DNA of 64,000 nt, taken from assembly GCA_016176685.1 (NCBI GenBank), contig JACOWS010000002.1, positions 30,608 through 94,607 of the forward strand, in the 5' to 3' direction. Shown here piece by piece: positions 19,097-27,908 of this stretch. Position numbers and translations under genes: made by a program. The stretch is from Patescibacteria group bacterium (GTDB lineage Bacteria; Patescibacteriota; Minisyncoccia; Phycocordibacterales; SBAW01). The notes beneath the pieces were generated by a model. The model made no database searches. It was not told where the DNA came from and saw only the letters and a list, made by a program, of their open reading frames with translations. How positions within the stretch are numbered: position 1 is the first letter of the stretch; every line of letters starts with the position of its first letter.

Positions 19097-20353
19097 CTAC
19101 TGCCCTGAAAGCCACAGAACGGCCGCGTTTTTTTGCGGATCTTTACCCGCCTTCGCATCTTCTGTAGTGCGGTCCTTTTGTATGTCCGGGGCAAGGCCGC
19201 CGTCCGAGATAGAGGAGCCGTTGGGGGTCAGCCAGCGCGCCACGGTTATCTTAAGCTCCGCTCCGCCCCCCAACTCCAAGAGCTCCTGGACCGAGCCCTT
19301 GCCAAAAGAGCGCGTCCCAATGAGCTTTGCTACCCCGTGCTGCTGCAGCGCCCCGGCCAAAATTTCCGACGCGGAGGCGGACCCTTGGTTGATGAGTATC
19401 GCCATAGAAAGTTTTTTGTTGGCAAAAACATTGTAACCGACGCTCCGGTGCACAATGTTATCGTGGTTGCCCTGATAGTCTTCTGTCACCACCACCTCGC
19501 CAACCGGCAAGAAGAAGCTCGCCATCTGTACCGCCGCCTCGAGGTACCCGCCGGGGTTACCGCGCAGGTCAAGAATCATCCTTGTTGAGCCCGACTCAAA
19601 AAACTCGCGGAGCGCGCCGCGGAACAACTCGGCCGAGTTTGCAGAAAAGCTGTACAGCTCTATAACGAATATCCCGTCGCCACGCGCCTCTGTTTTGATA
19701 GTGGGGATGCTAATAGTGTCGCGCACTATTTTTATAGTGAGCGGCCTTGGTTCTCCCTCCCGCCCGACCGTGAGCGTCACGGCGGTACCTTTTGGCCCGC
19801 GAATGACCCTGACCGCGTCGTCAACGCCAAAACCCTCTGTTGACTTGCCGTCTACCGCCAAAATTATGTCTCCGCTTAGCATTCCAGCGCGTTCGGCCGG
19901 CGAGCCCTTAAGCGGGGCCACTACCACCACCTGGGTATCTTTAAGCCCCAGTTCCATACCTACTCCGCCAAAAGAGCCGTTTATGTCTTCCTGAAATGCC
20001 TGCGCGTCTTGCGGAGGCAAGAACACGGTATACGGGTCGCCGTAGCTTTCGGTCAAACCTTTTATGGCACCAAAAAGACGCTCCTGTGCGGTGGGGAGCG
20101 TGTTTGATGCGTGCGTCACCACATAATTTTCTTGCAACAAGTTCCACGCTAGCCATAGTTGCGCGGCAGGTATGTCGGATGGCTCTGCGTCGTTTGGCCA
20201 AAGAGTGAAGGTGAGTGGCGTCGAGGTCGCCGCCCAAGCGGGCGCGCCATACTGACGCTCAACACCGACATATATCCCCGCCCCAAAGACTACTCCCAAC
20301 ACTAAAAAAACCCCCACGGCCTTAAACCGAGCTCTTCTGTACATCATGTACAC
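19097..20353 (-). CDS. Carboxyl-terminal processing protease (S41, CtpA/Prc-like) with PDZ domain
   Basis: PDZ 'GDIILAVDGKSTEG'; S41 catalytic region 'GSASASEILAGALQ' and 'GGYLEAAV'. Confidence 0.85.
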   Translation of the reverse strand: MYMMYRRARFKAVGVFLVLGVVFGAGIYVGVERQYGAPAWAATSTPLTFTLWPNDAEPSDIPAAQLWLAWNLLQENYVVTHASNTLPTAQERLFGAIKGLTESYGDPYTVFLPPQDAQAFQEDINGSFGGVGMELGLKDTQVVVVAPLKGSPAERAGMLSGDIILAVDGKSTEGFGVDDAVRVIRGPKGTAVTLTVGREGEPRPLTIKIVRDTISIPTIKTEARGDGIFVIELYSFSANSAELFRGALREFFESGSTRMILDLRGNPGGYLEAAVQMASFFLPVGEVVVTEDYQGNHDNIVHRSVGYNVFANKKLSMAILINQGSASASEILAGALQQHGVAKLIGTRSFGKGSVQELLELGGGAELKITVARWLTPNGSSISDGGLAPDIQKDRTTEDAKAGKDPQKNAAVLWLSGQ

Positions 20354-20412
20354 AGTATATCACACGTCGCGCGCCGGATGCATCTTGCGAGTAGTGTTAT
20401 ACTTATGGCCAT

Positions 20413-21318
20413 ATGCTCACCCGATACACGCGCAGTAATGTGGCGTGGATAGACCTGGTTGCCCCGACCCCAGGCGAAGTACGTCCGCTGATGCATGAGT
20501 TTGGCATTGATCCGCTCTTTGCAGAAGAGCTGCTCCTGCCGTCATTTAAGCCGAAAGTAGAGAGGCGCGGCGACATTATATATGTCATCCTGCACTTCCC
20601 TACCTTGGGCGGCCACCGGCCGGAACAGGAGATAGATTTTGTTATAGGTAAAAACTTTCTTATCACCACCCACTACGAAAATATCGACCCTCTCCACTCC
20701 TTTGCGCAAGTATTTGAGGTCGACTCGGTGTTAGGGCGCGAAGGTGCCGCCAGTCACGGCGGACACCTTTTTGCCTTCATGGCTCAAAACCTATACCGCG
20801 CGCTCGGGCTCGAGTGTGAGGCGGTTGGCAGGCACCTCAAAGAAATAGAGGAGCGCATTTTTAACGGCGACGAGAAAAAAATGGTGGTTGAACTCTCGCA
20901 GGCGGGGCGCACGATACACGACTTTCGCCAGGCGCTTGCTCCTCACCAAGAAATGCTTTCCTCGCTGGAGCCCGTTGCGACGCGTCTGTTTGGCGCGGAG
21001 TTTTCCTACCATGTGCGCACCGTCTTTGGCGCCTGGGAGCGGGTTGAGCACACGCTTGCCCGCCTGCGCGACTCGCTTAAAGAACTGCGCGAGACTAACA
21101 ATTCGCTCCTTTCCACCAAGCAAAACGAGATCATGAAGACGCTTACCATCATGGCGTTCGTGACCTTCCCGCTGACCCTCATTTCAAGCGTCTTCGGAAT
21201 GAATACGCGCTACCTCCCCATTGTCGGCTACCCGGGCGACTTTTGGATCGTCACGGGACTCATGCTCACACTCGCGGTATCTTTCTTCATTTTCTTTAAA
21301 CACAAAAAATGGTTATAG
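20413..21318 (+). CDS. corA: Magnesium/cobalt transporter CorA
   Basis: C-terminal two TM helices with the 'GMN' motif (VFGMNTRYLP). Confidence 0.85.
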   Translation: MLTRYTRSNVAWIDLVAPTPGEVRPLMHEFGIDPLFAEELLLPSFKPKVERRGDIIYVILHFPTLGGHRPEQEIDFVIGKNFLITTHYENIDPLHSFAQVFEVDSVLGREGAASHGGHLFAFMAQNLYRALGLECEAVGRHLKEIEERIFNGDEKKMVVELSQAGRTIHDFRQALAPHQEMLSSLEPVATRLFGAEFSYHVRTVFGAWERVEHTLARLRDSLKELRETNNSLLSTKQNEIMKTLTIMAFVTFPLTLISSVFGMNTRYLPIVGYPGDFWIVTGLMLTLAVSFFIFFKHKKWL

Positions 21319-21327
21319 TTCTTCCGT

Positions 21328-22797
21328 ATGGGATTACTTTCTTTTTTTTACAAATCACCTCCTAAAGACCTGCCTCCTCTGCGTTTTTACAACACTCTTT
21401 CAGGAAAAGTAGAGGACTTTGTGCCGCTTTCCGGCCCCTCGGCCATGCCCGGCCTACGGGCGAGGCGAACGGTCAAAATGTATAACTGCGGCCCCACCGT
21501 GTACGATGAACAACATATAGGCAACCTGTTTGCGGCGATCTTGCCGGACACCTTGAGGCGAGCGTTGGAGGCGTGGGGATACAAGGTGCAACAGGTTATA
21601 AATATAACCGACTTTGGACACTTAACCGGAGACAACGAGGGAGACCCTGACCTGGGCGAAGACAAAATGTCCAAAGGGCTGAAGCGAGAGGGGCTTACCC
21701 CGACGCTTGAGAACATGCGGGCCCTCGCAGAAAAATATGCCGCACTATATATTGCAGACCTTTCCTCCTTGGGGGTACCCATTGCGAAGATACGCTTTCC
21801 CCGGGCGAGCGACTACATAGAAGAGCAGGCCGCTATTATCAAAAGCCTGGCGCAAAAAGGGTACGCCTATAAAACAAGTGACGGAATGTATTTTGACACT
21901 GCAAAATTTAAGGAGTACGGCGCATTGGGGTCTATAAACCTATCCGGCCAAAGAGAAGCGGCGCGAGTGGAGGTAAATCCGGAAAAACACAACCCTCGAG
22001 ACTTTGCTCTTTGGAAGTTCGACAAAAAACTCGGCTGGAAGTCGCCTTGGGGGTTGGGGTTTCCCGGCTGGCACATCGAGTGTACCGCGATGATATTTAC
22101 GCTTCTTGGCAAACAAATAGACATACACACCGGGGGCATTGAGCATATCCCCATACATCACAACAACGAGATAGCGCAGGCCGAGTCGGCTACGGGCAAA
22201 AAGTACGCCAAATACTGGCTCCACAATGAGCACATTACCATAGAGGGCAAAAAAGTCTCAAAATCCCTCGGCAATACCATATACTTGCGCCAAATAGTCG
22301 ACCGCGGTTACTCGCCGCGCGCGTTTCGCTATTGGGTCTTAACCGGCCACTACCGAACCCCGATGAACTTTACTTGGGAGGCAATCGATGGTGCCGACCA
22401 GACACTCAAACGGCTTACGCGCCATTTCTTGGAAGCTCCAGCCGCGCCTCCCCCAGCTTCTTTTCTCGCAGAGTTCTACGCCGCTATCGGAAACGACCTT
22501 AACACCGCGCAAGGGCTCGCGCTGGTGTGGAAAAACATAAAGACCCTTAACAAAAAAACTTTGCGCGAGGTAGACCAGGTGCTTGGGTTGGGTTTTAGCG
22601 ACTCACAAACGGCGGCCAAGCTTAGTGTGGTTGAAGAGAGCGAGCTCCCCGCTGAAGTGCAAAAATTGGTGGCACATCGCGAGGAGGCGCGGCTGGCCAA
22701 GGATTTTGCCAAGGCAGACGAACTGCGGAGCAATATCGAACAGGCGGGCTACATTGTCAAAGACACCGAGGATGGCCCCAAACTTACACAAAAATAA
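21328..22797 (+). CDS. cysS: Cysteinyl-tRNA synthetase
   Basis: 'MYNCGPTVYDEQHIGN' (HIGH-type) and 'KVSKSLGN' (KMSKS). Confidence 0.9.
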   Translation: MGLLSFFYKSPPKDLPPLRFYNTLSGKVEDFVPLSGPSAMPGLRARRTVKMYNCGPTVYDEQHIGNLFAAILPDTLRRALEAWGYKVQQVINITDFGHLTGDNEGDPDLGEDKMSKGLKREGLTPTLENMRALAEKYAALYIADLSSLGVPIAKIRFPRASDYIEEQAAIIKSLAQKGYAYKTSDGMYFDTAKFKEYGALGSINLSGQREAARVEVNPEKHNPRDFALWKFDKKLGWKSPWGLGFPGWHIECTAMIFTLLGKQIDIHTGGIEHIPIHHNNEIAQAESATGKKYAKYWLHNEHITIEGKKVSKSLGNTIYLRQIVDRGYSPRAFRYWVLTGHYRTPMNFTWEAIDGADQTLKRLTRHFLEAPAAPPPASFLAEFYAAIGNDLNTAQGLALVWKNIKTLNKKTLREVDQVLGLGFSDSQTAAKLSVVEESELPAEVQKLVAHREEARLAKDFAKADELRSNIEQAGYIVKDTEDGPKLTQK

Positions 22798-22802
22798 CAA
22801 AT

Positions 22803-22831
22803 CTCCGCAAGGTTCGACCTTGCGGAGTGGC
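22803..22831 (+). terminator. Hairpin terminator after cysS (ctccgcaaggt-tcga-accttgcggag)
   Basis: 11-bp perfect stem; the downstream U-tract is weak. Confidence 0.45.
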
Positions 22832-22918
22832 TATCCACTGTTTGTCCACCTAATACACAAGAAAAAAGAAAAAACGCCACTTTCCGCACCGTCACAAACA
22901 GAGTACTCTTGAGACACT

Positions 22919-24319
22919 ATGGCGGCTAACCCTTCGAAATCTTTCAGGGCAGGAAAAGCCGACCCTCTGCGCACACCGCCAAACTCCACCGAGTCGGAGA
23001 AGGCTTTTCTCGGTGCGCTCATGATACGCCCCGACGGAATGTTGGAATCTATAGACGTCATCTCGCCGGATGCTTTTTACAGCGAAAAGCATCGCATCAT
23101 TTATCGCGCAATGCTCGGACTCTACGGCAAAAACGAGCCGATAGATATCGAGAGCGTTCGCGCGCACCTTGCCGACCAAAAACAGCTCGAGGGGGTGGGC
23201 GGTGTCCCCTACCTGGCAAGCCTGGTTAGCGACGTGCCGGCGGCAAGCAACGCAAAGCACTACGCTAGTGTGGTGCAAAAAAAGTATATGTTGCGCGGCT
23301 TGATAGACGCGGGCGAGTATGTGGCGGAGCTTGGCTGGAGAGAAGGAGAGGAGCTCGAAGAGGTGCTCGACAAGGCGGAAAAGCGCGTGTACGAAGTCAC
23401 CGCAAGCCCGACCCTTTCCAAATTTACGCCGCTGCGCGACTCTCTGCACGAGGCGTGGACCAGACTCGAGTACCTGCAGGAAAATCACGACCAATTGCGC
23501 GGTGCGCGCACCGGCTTTAAGGAGCTCGATTCTTTACTTGCCGGTTTCCAAAACTCCGACCTGATAATCCTCGCCGCGAGGCCCTCCATGGGCAAAACAG
23601 CGCTCGCCCTCGACATTGCGCGGCAGTCTGCCGTGCATCACAAAACGGTAGTGGGTATCTTCTCTCTTGAAATGAGCTCTCAACAGCTAGTGGACCGCAT
23701 GGTATCGGCCGAGGCCAAGGTAGACTCCTGGGGCCTGCGCACCGGCCGCATCAAAGATGAGGGCGATTTTGCCCGCATCCGCGACGCGTACGACCGCCTT
23801 TCTCAAGCGCCGATATTTATAGACGACCAGCCGGGCAACAATATCCTCAAAATGCGCGCGGTGGCGCGGCGGCTCAAGCGCGAAAATGGGCTCGGACTGC
23901 TCATCGTCGACTATCTGCAGCTTATGGTCCCCACCAACGCACGTTCATCGGACAACCTGGTGCAGCAGGTGACCGAAATTTCCCGCTCGCTCAAGATTCT
24001 GGCGCGAGAACTCAATGTGCCGGTGTTAGCGCTCTCGCAGCTTTCCCGTGCGGTAGAGCAGCGTCGCGGCAAGCCGCGCCTATCGGACCTGCGCGATTCC
24101 GGCTCCATAGAGCAAGATGCCGATGTGGTTATGTTTATCCACCGAGACGACAAAATAAATGAAAATTCCGAACGCCCAAATATCGCGGAGATTCTGGTGG
24201 AAAAGCACCGGAACGGCCCCGTGGGCAAAGTAGAGTTGTATTTTGACGACAAGAGAACTACCTTCCTTTCCATAGACAAAAGCGACTTCGGCGTGTTTGA
24301 AACCGCCGCTCCTTTTTAG
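22919..24319 (+). CDS. dnaB: Replicative DNA helicase DnaB
   Basis: N-terminal 'SEKAFLGALMIRPDG' and Walker A 'ARPSMGKTALALDIA'. Confidence 0.9.
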   Translation: MAANPSKSFRAGKADPLRTPPNSTESEKAFLGALMIRPDGMLESIDVISPDAFYSEKHRIIYRAMLGLYGKNEPIDIESVRAHLADQKQLEGVGGVPYLASLVSDVPAASNAKHYASVVQKKYMLRGLIDAGEYVAELGWREGEELEEVLDKAEKRVYEVTASPTLSKFTPLRDSLHEAWTRLEYLQENHDQLRGARTGFKELDSLLAGFQNSDLIILAARPSMGKTALALDIARQSAVHHKTVVGIFSLEMSSQQLVDRMVSAEAKVDSWGLRTGRIKDEGDFARIRDAYDRLSQAPIFIDDQPGNNILKMRAVARRLKRENGLGLLIVDYLQLMVPTNARSSDNLVQQVTEISRSLKILARELNVPVLALSQLSRAVEQRRGKPRLSDLRDSGSIEQDADVVMFIHRDDKINENSERPNIAEILVEKHRNGPVGKVELYFDDKRTTFLSIDKSDFGVFETAAPF

Positions 24320-24943
24320 TTGCGTATGAACCCGCTTGAGCGCCTAACCAAAAACTTTGAACGGTTCCCCGGCATTGGCCCCCGGCAGGCAAGACGCTTT
24401 GTGCAGTTTTTACTTGTACAGCAGGGCGCCTATCGCACGGCGCTCGCCGACGACATCAAACGTCTCGGGGCAAACTCCTTCCAGTGCAAAAAATGTTTTC
24501 GGTGGTCGGTTAAAAACGGCAGCTCGCACGCCGTGTGTACTATATGTAGAGATGCTCACCGTGAGACCGGGCTTTTATGTGTGGTGGAAAAAGACGCCGA
24601 CCTCGACAACGTCGAGCGCAGCGGCTTTAAGGGTCTCTACTTTGTTTTGGGAGGGACCATACCTCTCGCCGCCGAAGAGCCAGAGGCCCATGTCCGCGCA
24701 CGAGAGTGTATAATGCGCATAGAGGAAGACGGCACTAAGGGTGTGTTAAAGGAGGTTATTTTGGGCCTCTCCGCCACCACCCTAGGCGACCACACCAGGG
24801 GCTTCCTACAAGAAAAGATACTGCCTATAGCGCAAGCGCTCAATTTTAAAATTACATCACTGGGTCGCGGGCTCTCAACCGGCTCGGAGCTGGAATATGC
24901 CGACCCGGACACCATCGCCAGCGCATTATCCTCTAGATACTAG
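24320..24943 (+). CDS. recR: Recombination protein RecR
   Basis: HhH 'FPGIGPRQARRF', C4 zinc finger and Toprim domain. Confidence 0.9.
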   Translation: MRMNPLERLTKNFERFPGIGPRQARRFVQFLLVQQGAYRTALADDIKRLGANSFQCKKCFRWSVKNGSSHAVCTICRDAHRETGLLCVVEKDADLDNVERSGFKGLYFVLGGTIPLAAEEPEAHVRARECIMRIEEDGTKGVLKEVILGLSATTLGDHTRGFLQEKILPIAQALNFKITSLGRGLSTGSELEYADPDTIASALSSRY

Positions 24944-25018
24944 AGAAACAAAAAAGTCCTTTGTACAGGAGTAGGGCTCCCGTTCATCTCTCCGGAACAA
25001 AGGACTTTTTTGTTTCTC
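24943..25018. repeat. Family 2 conserved-loop hairpin, copy A (22-bp perfect stem; loop contains GGAGTAGGGCTCCCGTTCATCTCTCC)
   Basis: gagaaacaaaaaagtcctttgt / acaaaggacttttttgtttctc around a 32-nt loop. It fills the gap between the recR stop (+) and the rplU stop (-). Confidence 0.8.
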
Positions 25019-25359
25019 TACGCAATCTTTGTTATCTTTACCTCAAAAAAGGGCTGGCGGTGGCCGCGTTTTTTAAAATAGTTGGACTTTGCTTTGTACT
25101 TGATAACCACCACCTTCTTGGCGCGGTCTATTTTTTGTATCTCTGCCGAAACCTTAGCCCCCGCAATGTAAGGCGTCCCCAAGGTGGTGTCTTTTCCATT
25201 GTCTACCACTAGCACCTTGTCAAAAGTTACCGCGTCGCCAATCGCGTAAGCTCCCTGCTCCGGGCTTGCAGGAGCAAGCTTCTCTATTTTGAGGGTGTCA
25301 CCCTGGGATACCATATACTGTTTCCCGCCGGTTTCTATGATGGCAAACTCCTTTTGCAT
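25018..25359 (-). CDS. rplU: 50S ribosomal protein L21
   Basis: 'MQKEFAIIETGGKQYMVSQGDTLKIEKL' L21 N-terminus. The longer track ORF is a read-through of the adjacent hairpin. Confidence 0.9.
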   Translation of the reverse strand: MQKEFAIIETGGKQYMVSQGDTLKIEKLAPASPEQGAYAIGDAVTFDKVLVVDNGKDTTLGTPYIAGAKVSAEIQKIDRAKKVVVIKYKAKSNYFKKRGHRQPFFEVKITKIA

Positions 25360-25405
25360 GAGCGCTACTATAGCGCAAAAAAACCAGTAATACAAGGTCA
25401 GACTG

Positions 25406-25489
25406 GATGAGAATCCGCAGCCATTTTGGATGGTAAGACTTGGGTCTTTAGCGGCCCGGAGCGCCATCCAAAATGGCTGCGGATTCTCA
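25406..25489 (+). repeat. Family 1 conserved-loop hairpin element, copy 3 (loop variant with a 3-nt insertion)
   Basis: 27-bp perfect stem atgagaatccgcagccattttggatgg / its reverse complement; loop TAAGACTTGGGTCTTTAGCGGCCCGGAGCGC. It lies just 3' of rmuC and 5' of rplU. Confidence 0.85.
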
Positions 25490-25496
25490 TATTGTA

Positions 25497-26600
25497 TTAC
25501 TCCTTCCCTTCCAACTCCGGTTTTTCAACCCCCTCAAGCTCAAAGCCGATCGCCTCGCCGGTGATTTTTAATACGTCTTTATCAATCTTCCCCAGCTCGC
25601 GGCTCCCGCCGTTGTAGTGGTTTATCGTGGTCGAGAGCGAGGCCCCAAGCCGTTTGTAGATATCTTCATACGCCTTCATATGGCGCGAAAGCGCCTCAAC
25701 ATTTTTAGCAATGTCCTTTGCCGCCTCTTCTATCTTAAAGGCCTTAAATCCGTACAGCACCGACTGCAAATAGGCGGCGAAGGTAGTGGGCGAGACAATT
25801 ATCACCTTTTTTTCGTTGTAGGCGTAGTCTATAAGGTTGCGCGTGTTTACCTTAACCGCCCCCACCTCATTTATCAAAAGGTCGTAGTAAATGGCCTCTG
25901 CCGGAATATACATAAAAGCAAACGGCAGTGTGCCGTCTTTGGGCCGCACGTACTTGGCGCTCTCGTCGATACGCGTCTTGAGGTCGTTTTTAAACTGCTT
26001 TTCTAGCTCCTCGCGCTGGGTCTGATCTATCGCATTCACCAGCCGGTTGTAGTTTTCTAAGCTAAACTTGGCATCAACCGGTATGACCCCCTCTTTGGTC
26101 ATAATTACCGCATCCACCGTCTCCCCGCCCGGAAATTCATACTGCATTTTGTAGGCGGTGGGCGGTAAAATGTTGCCCAAAATGAGCTCGAGCGACGCTT
26201 CGCCCAAGTTGCCGCGCTGTTTTTGGTGCGTGAGCACTTTTTCCAGATTTTGCAGCTGCTCGGCCAGGGTAAACACCTGCTTGTTGGACTCCTTCGTTTC
26301 GGCAACGCCCTTAGTTACCTCGAGCAGCTGCTCGGAGACCTGCTTGGTGATGTTGCTCATCAGCCGCTCGGCCTGCTCGGACTGCGTCTTCATGCTTTCA
26401 AACATTCGGTCGGAGCCCTCGCCAAGCTTGTTCTCCACCACCCGAGAAAGGTCTTGCAGCTGGTTTTGCAGGAGCATAAGCCCTTGGCTGTCGGCCAGAG
26501 CGTCCTGTGCGGGACCTGTGGAGCCGCGCCTCCACAACAGATACATAGTCGCTATGTTGCCAAGCACGAGGAACACCAGTAGCAGTATGAGCGGATCCAT
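25497..26600 (-). CDS. rmuC: DNA recombination protein RmuC
   Basis: N-terminal TM helix, long coiled-coil and RmuC C-terminal domain. Confidence 0.8.
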   Translation of the reverse strand: MDPLILLLVFLVLGNIATMYLLWRRGSTGPAQDALADSQGLMLLQNQLQDLSRVVENKLGEGSDRMFESMKTQSEQAERLMSNITKQVSEQLLEVTKGVAETKESNKQVFTLAEQLQNLEKVLTHQKQRGNLGEASLELILGNILPPTAYKMQYEFPGGETVDAVIMTKEGVIPVDAKFSLENYNRLVNAIDQTQREELEKQFKNDLKTRIDESAKYVRPKDGTLPFAFMYIPAEAIYYDLLINEVGAVKVNTRNLIDYAYNEKKVIIVSPTTFAAYLQSVLYGFKAFKIEEAAKDIAKNVEALSRHMKAYEDIYKRLGASLSTTINHYNGGSRELGKIDKDVLKITGEAIGFELEGVEKPELEGKE

Positions 26601-26646
26601 ACTCCCAGTGTATCACGACGCGTTTTTTTGCTATACTTTTTTGCAT

Positions 26647-27099
26647 ATGACACACCTGGAGTTGAAGGAGGCCATCAAAACCACCATGAAGGCAAAAGAC
26701 ACTGTGCGGCTCGGGGTCTTGCGCGGGCTCTCTGCCGCGGCCGTGAACGACTTGGTGGCCAAAAGCCGTAAGCCGGACGAAATGCTAACCGAAGAGGAGT
26801 TGATGACGGTTATCATGCGTGCGGCCAAACAGCGCAAAGACTCGATAGAGCAGTTTGAGAAGGGCGGCCGGCCCGAGCTTGCACAGGGCGAGCGGGCGGA
26901 GCTTGTAATACTCCAAGCACTCCTCCCCTCCCAGCTCTCGCGCGAGGAGATAGAAAAAGCGGTAAAAGAGAAAGCCACCACGCTTGGAGTAACTGACAAA
27001 AGCGGTGCCAATAAGCTCATGGGTATGCTAATGAAAGACCTCAAGGGCAAGGCCGACGGCACGGTAGTTAAGGAAGTCGTTGATTCCCTCTTTTCCTAA
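26647..27099 (+). CDS. GatB/YqeY domain protein
   Basis: 'MTHLELKEAIKTTMKAKDTVRLGVLRGLSAA...' is the typical YqeY family sequence. Confidence 0.8.
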   Translation: MTHLELKEAIKTTMKAKDTVRLGVLRGLSAAAVNDLVAKSRKPDEMLTEEELMTVIMRAAKQRKDSIEQFEKGGRPELAQGERAELVILQALLPSQLSREEIEKAVKEKATTLGVTDKSGANKLMGMLMKDLKGKADGTVVKEVVDSLFS

Positions 27100-27228
27100 A
27101 GTTGGACTTACGAAGTCCAACTTTGGGGACAAATGGCTTGACAAACAAGCAAAAATCTGCATAATCTGTAACGGAAGTGTTGCGTTCCTACCAATCCTAA
27201 AGTTGGACTTACGAAGTCCTACTTTCCA
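27098..27228 (+). promoter_or_regulatory. Consensus sigma70-like promoter (TTGACA at 27138-27143, CATAAT at 27160-27165) flanked by two copies of the 27-bp palindrome AAAGTTGGACT-TACGA-AGTCCAACTTT
   Basis: Palindrome 1 is at 27098-27124 (perfect). Palindrome 2 is at 27199-27225 (one arm degenerate). The -35 and -10 boxes are 16 nt apart. Confidence 0.6.
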
Positions 27229-27250
27229 ATATAGGCGCGAGGAGGCGCAA

Positions 27251-27442
27251 ATGCTCAAATACACACGATGGGAAAAAACAGCCCCACTTCCGTGGGCCTC
27301 TGGCCTGCCGATGAGGCCGGGCGAAACGTCGCGGCGCACACCGGCCCAATCGCTGGCCGACGCCGAAAAGCTCGCGGCAGAAAAACAACGTGCGCGCCTG
27401 CGCGAGCAAGCTCGCAGGCTCGGGGAGAAGTTCGATGAATAA
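27251..27442 (+). CDS. Small hypothetical protein (63 aa, basic/coiled C-terminus); first gene of the GC-rich cassette
   Basis: GAGGAGG Shine-Dalgarno 6 nt upstream of the ATG; the stop overlaps the next ORF's start (ATGAATAA). Confidence 0.5.
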   Translation: MLKYTRWEKTAPLPWASGLPMRPGETSRRTPAQSLADAEKLAAEKQRARLREQARRLGEKFDE

Positions 27443-27779
27443 TATCCCCTTCTCCCCAAATGACGGGGTCCTGCGCTTCAACCTTCTTTCTGGCGATAAG
27501 CTTCGCCAGGCGGAAGAAGAGTGCGCAGGCGTCGTTCGTGTAATCGCCGCGGGGCGATACACTGCGCGGCTGCGGGTTGGTGAGGAGGTGTGGAAGTTTT
27601 TTCTCACCGACGACCCGAGCGTCGAGTTCGCCGCTAGCGGCGGCGATGCAAACTGCGACGACCTGCTGCGCCGCCTGGCTTTCCATCGCGCCGCCGAGGT
27701 GATGCTGGCTCTGCGCCAGGGACACAAGGAGGCCGTGCTCAGCCGCCAGCAAAAAAAACTGGCCAAGGAACCCGCGTAG
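27435..27779 (+). CDS. Hypothetical protein (114 aa); second gene of the GC-rich cassette
   Basis: Translationally coupled to the upstream ORF and followed by a terminator. Antisense ORFs are Arg/Ser-rich, which indicates this is the coding strand. Confidence 0.5.
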   Translation: MNNIPFSPNDGVLRFNLLSGDKLRQAEEECAGVVRVIAAGRYTARLRVGEEVWKFFLTDDPSVEFAASGGDANCDDLLRRLAFHRAAEVMLALRQGHKEAVLSRQQKKLAKEPA

Positions 27780-27788
27780 CAAGTTTCA

Positions 27789-27822
27789 AGGGCGGACGTC
27801 TTTCAGACGTCCGCCCTTTCCT
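27789..27822 (+). terminator. Hairpin terminator (13-bp perfect stem gggcggacgtct/agacgtccgccc)
   Basis: Immediately after the cassette ORFs; followed by TTTCCTATATAT. Confidence 0.55.
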
Positions 27823-27908
27823 ATATATCTAAATACAGTAAAAAACTCCCAAACGCATTAACTTTAAGCTATAGCGTAGAGTTAATGCGTTTACTAATGA
27901 ACTAATGA

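Noticed and set aside
27209-27782. Long minus-strand ORFs (185 and 175 aa) across the GC-rich cassette
   Set aside because: Their Arg/Ser/Ala-rich low-complexity composition is typical of antisense frames in high-GC DNA. The promoter, Shine-Dalgarno and terminator are all on the plus strand.
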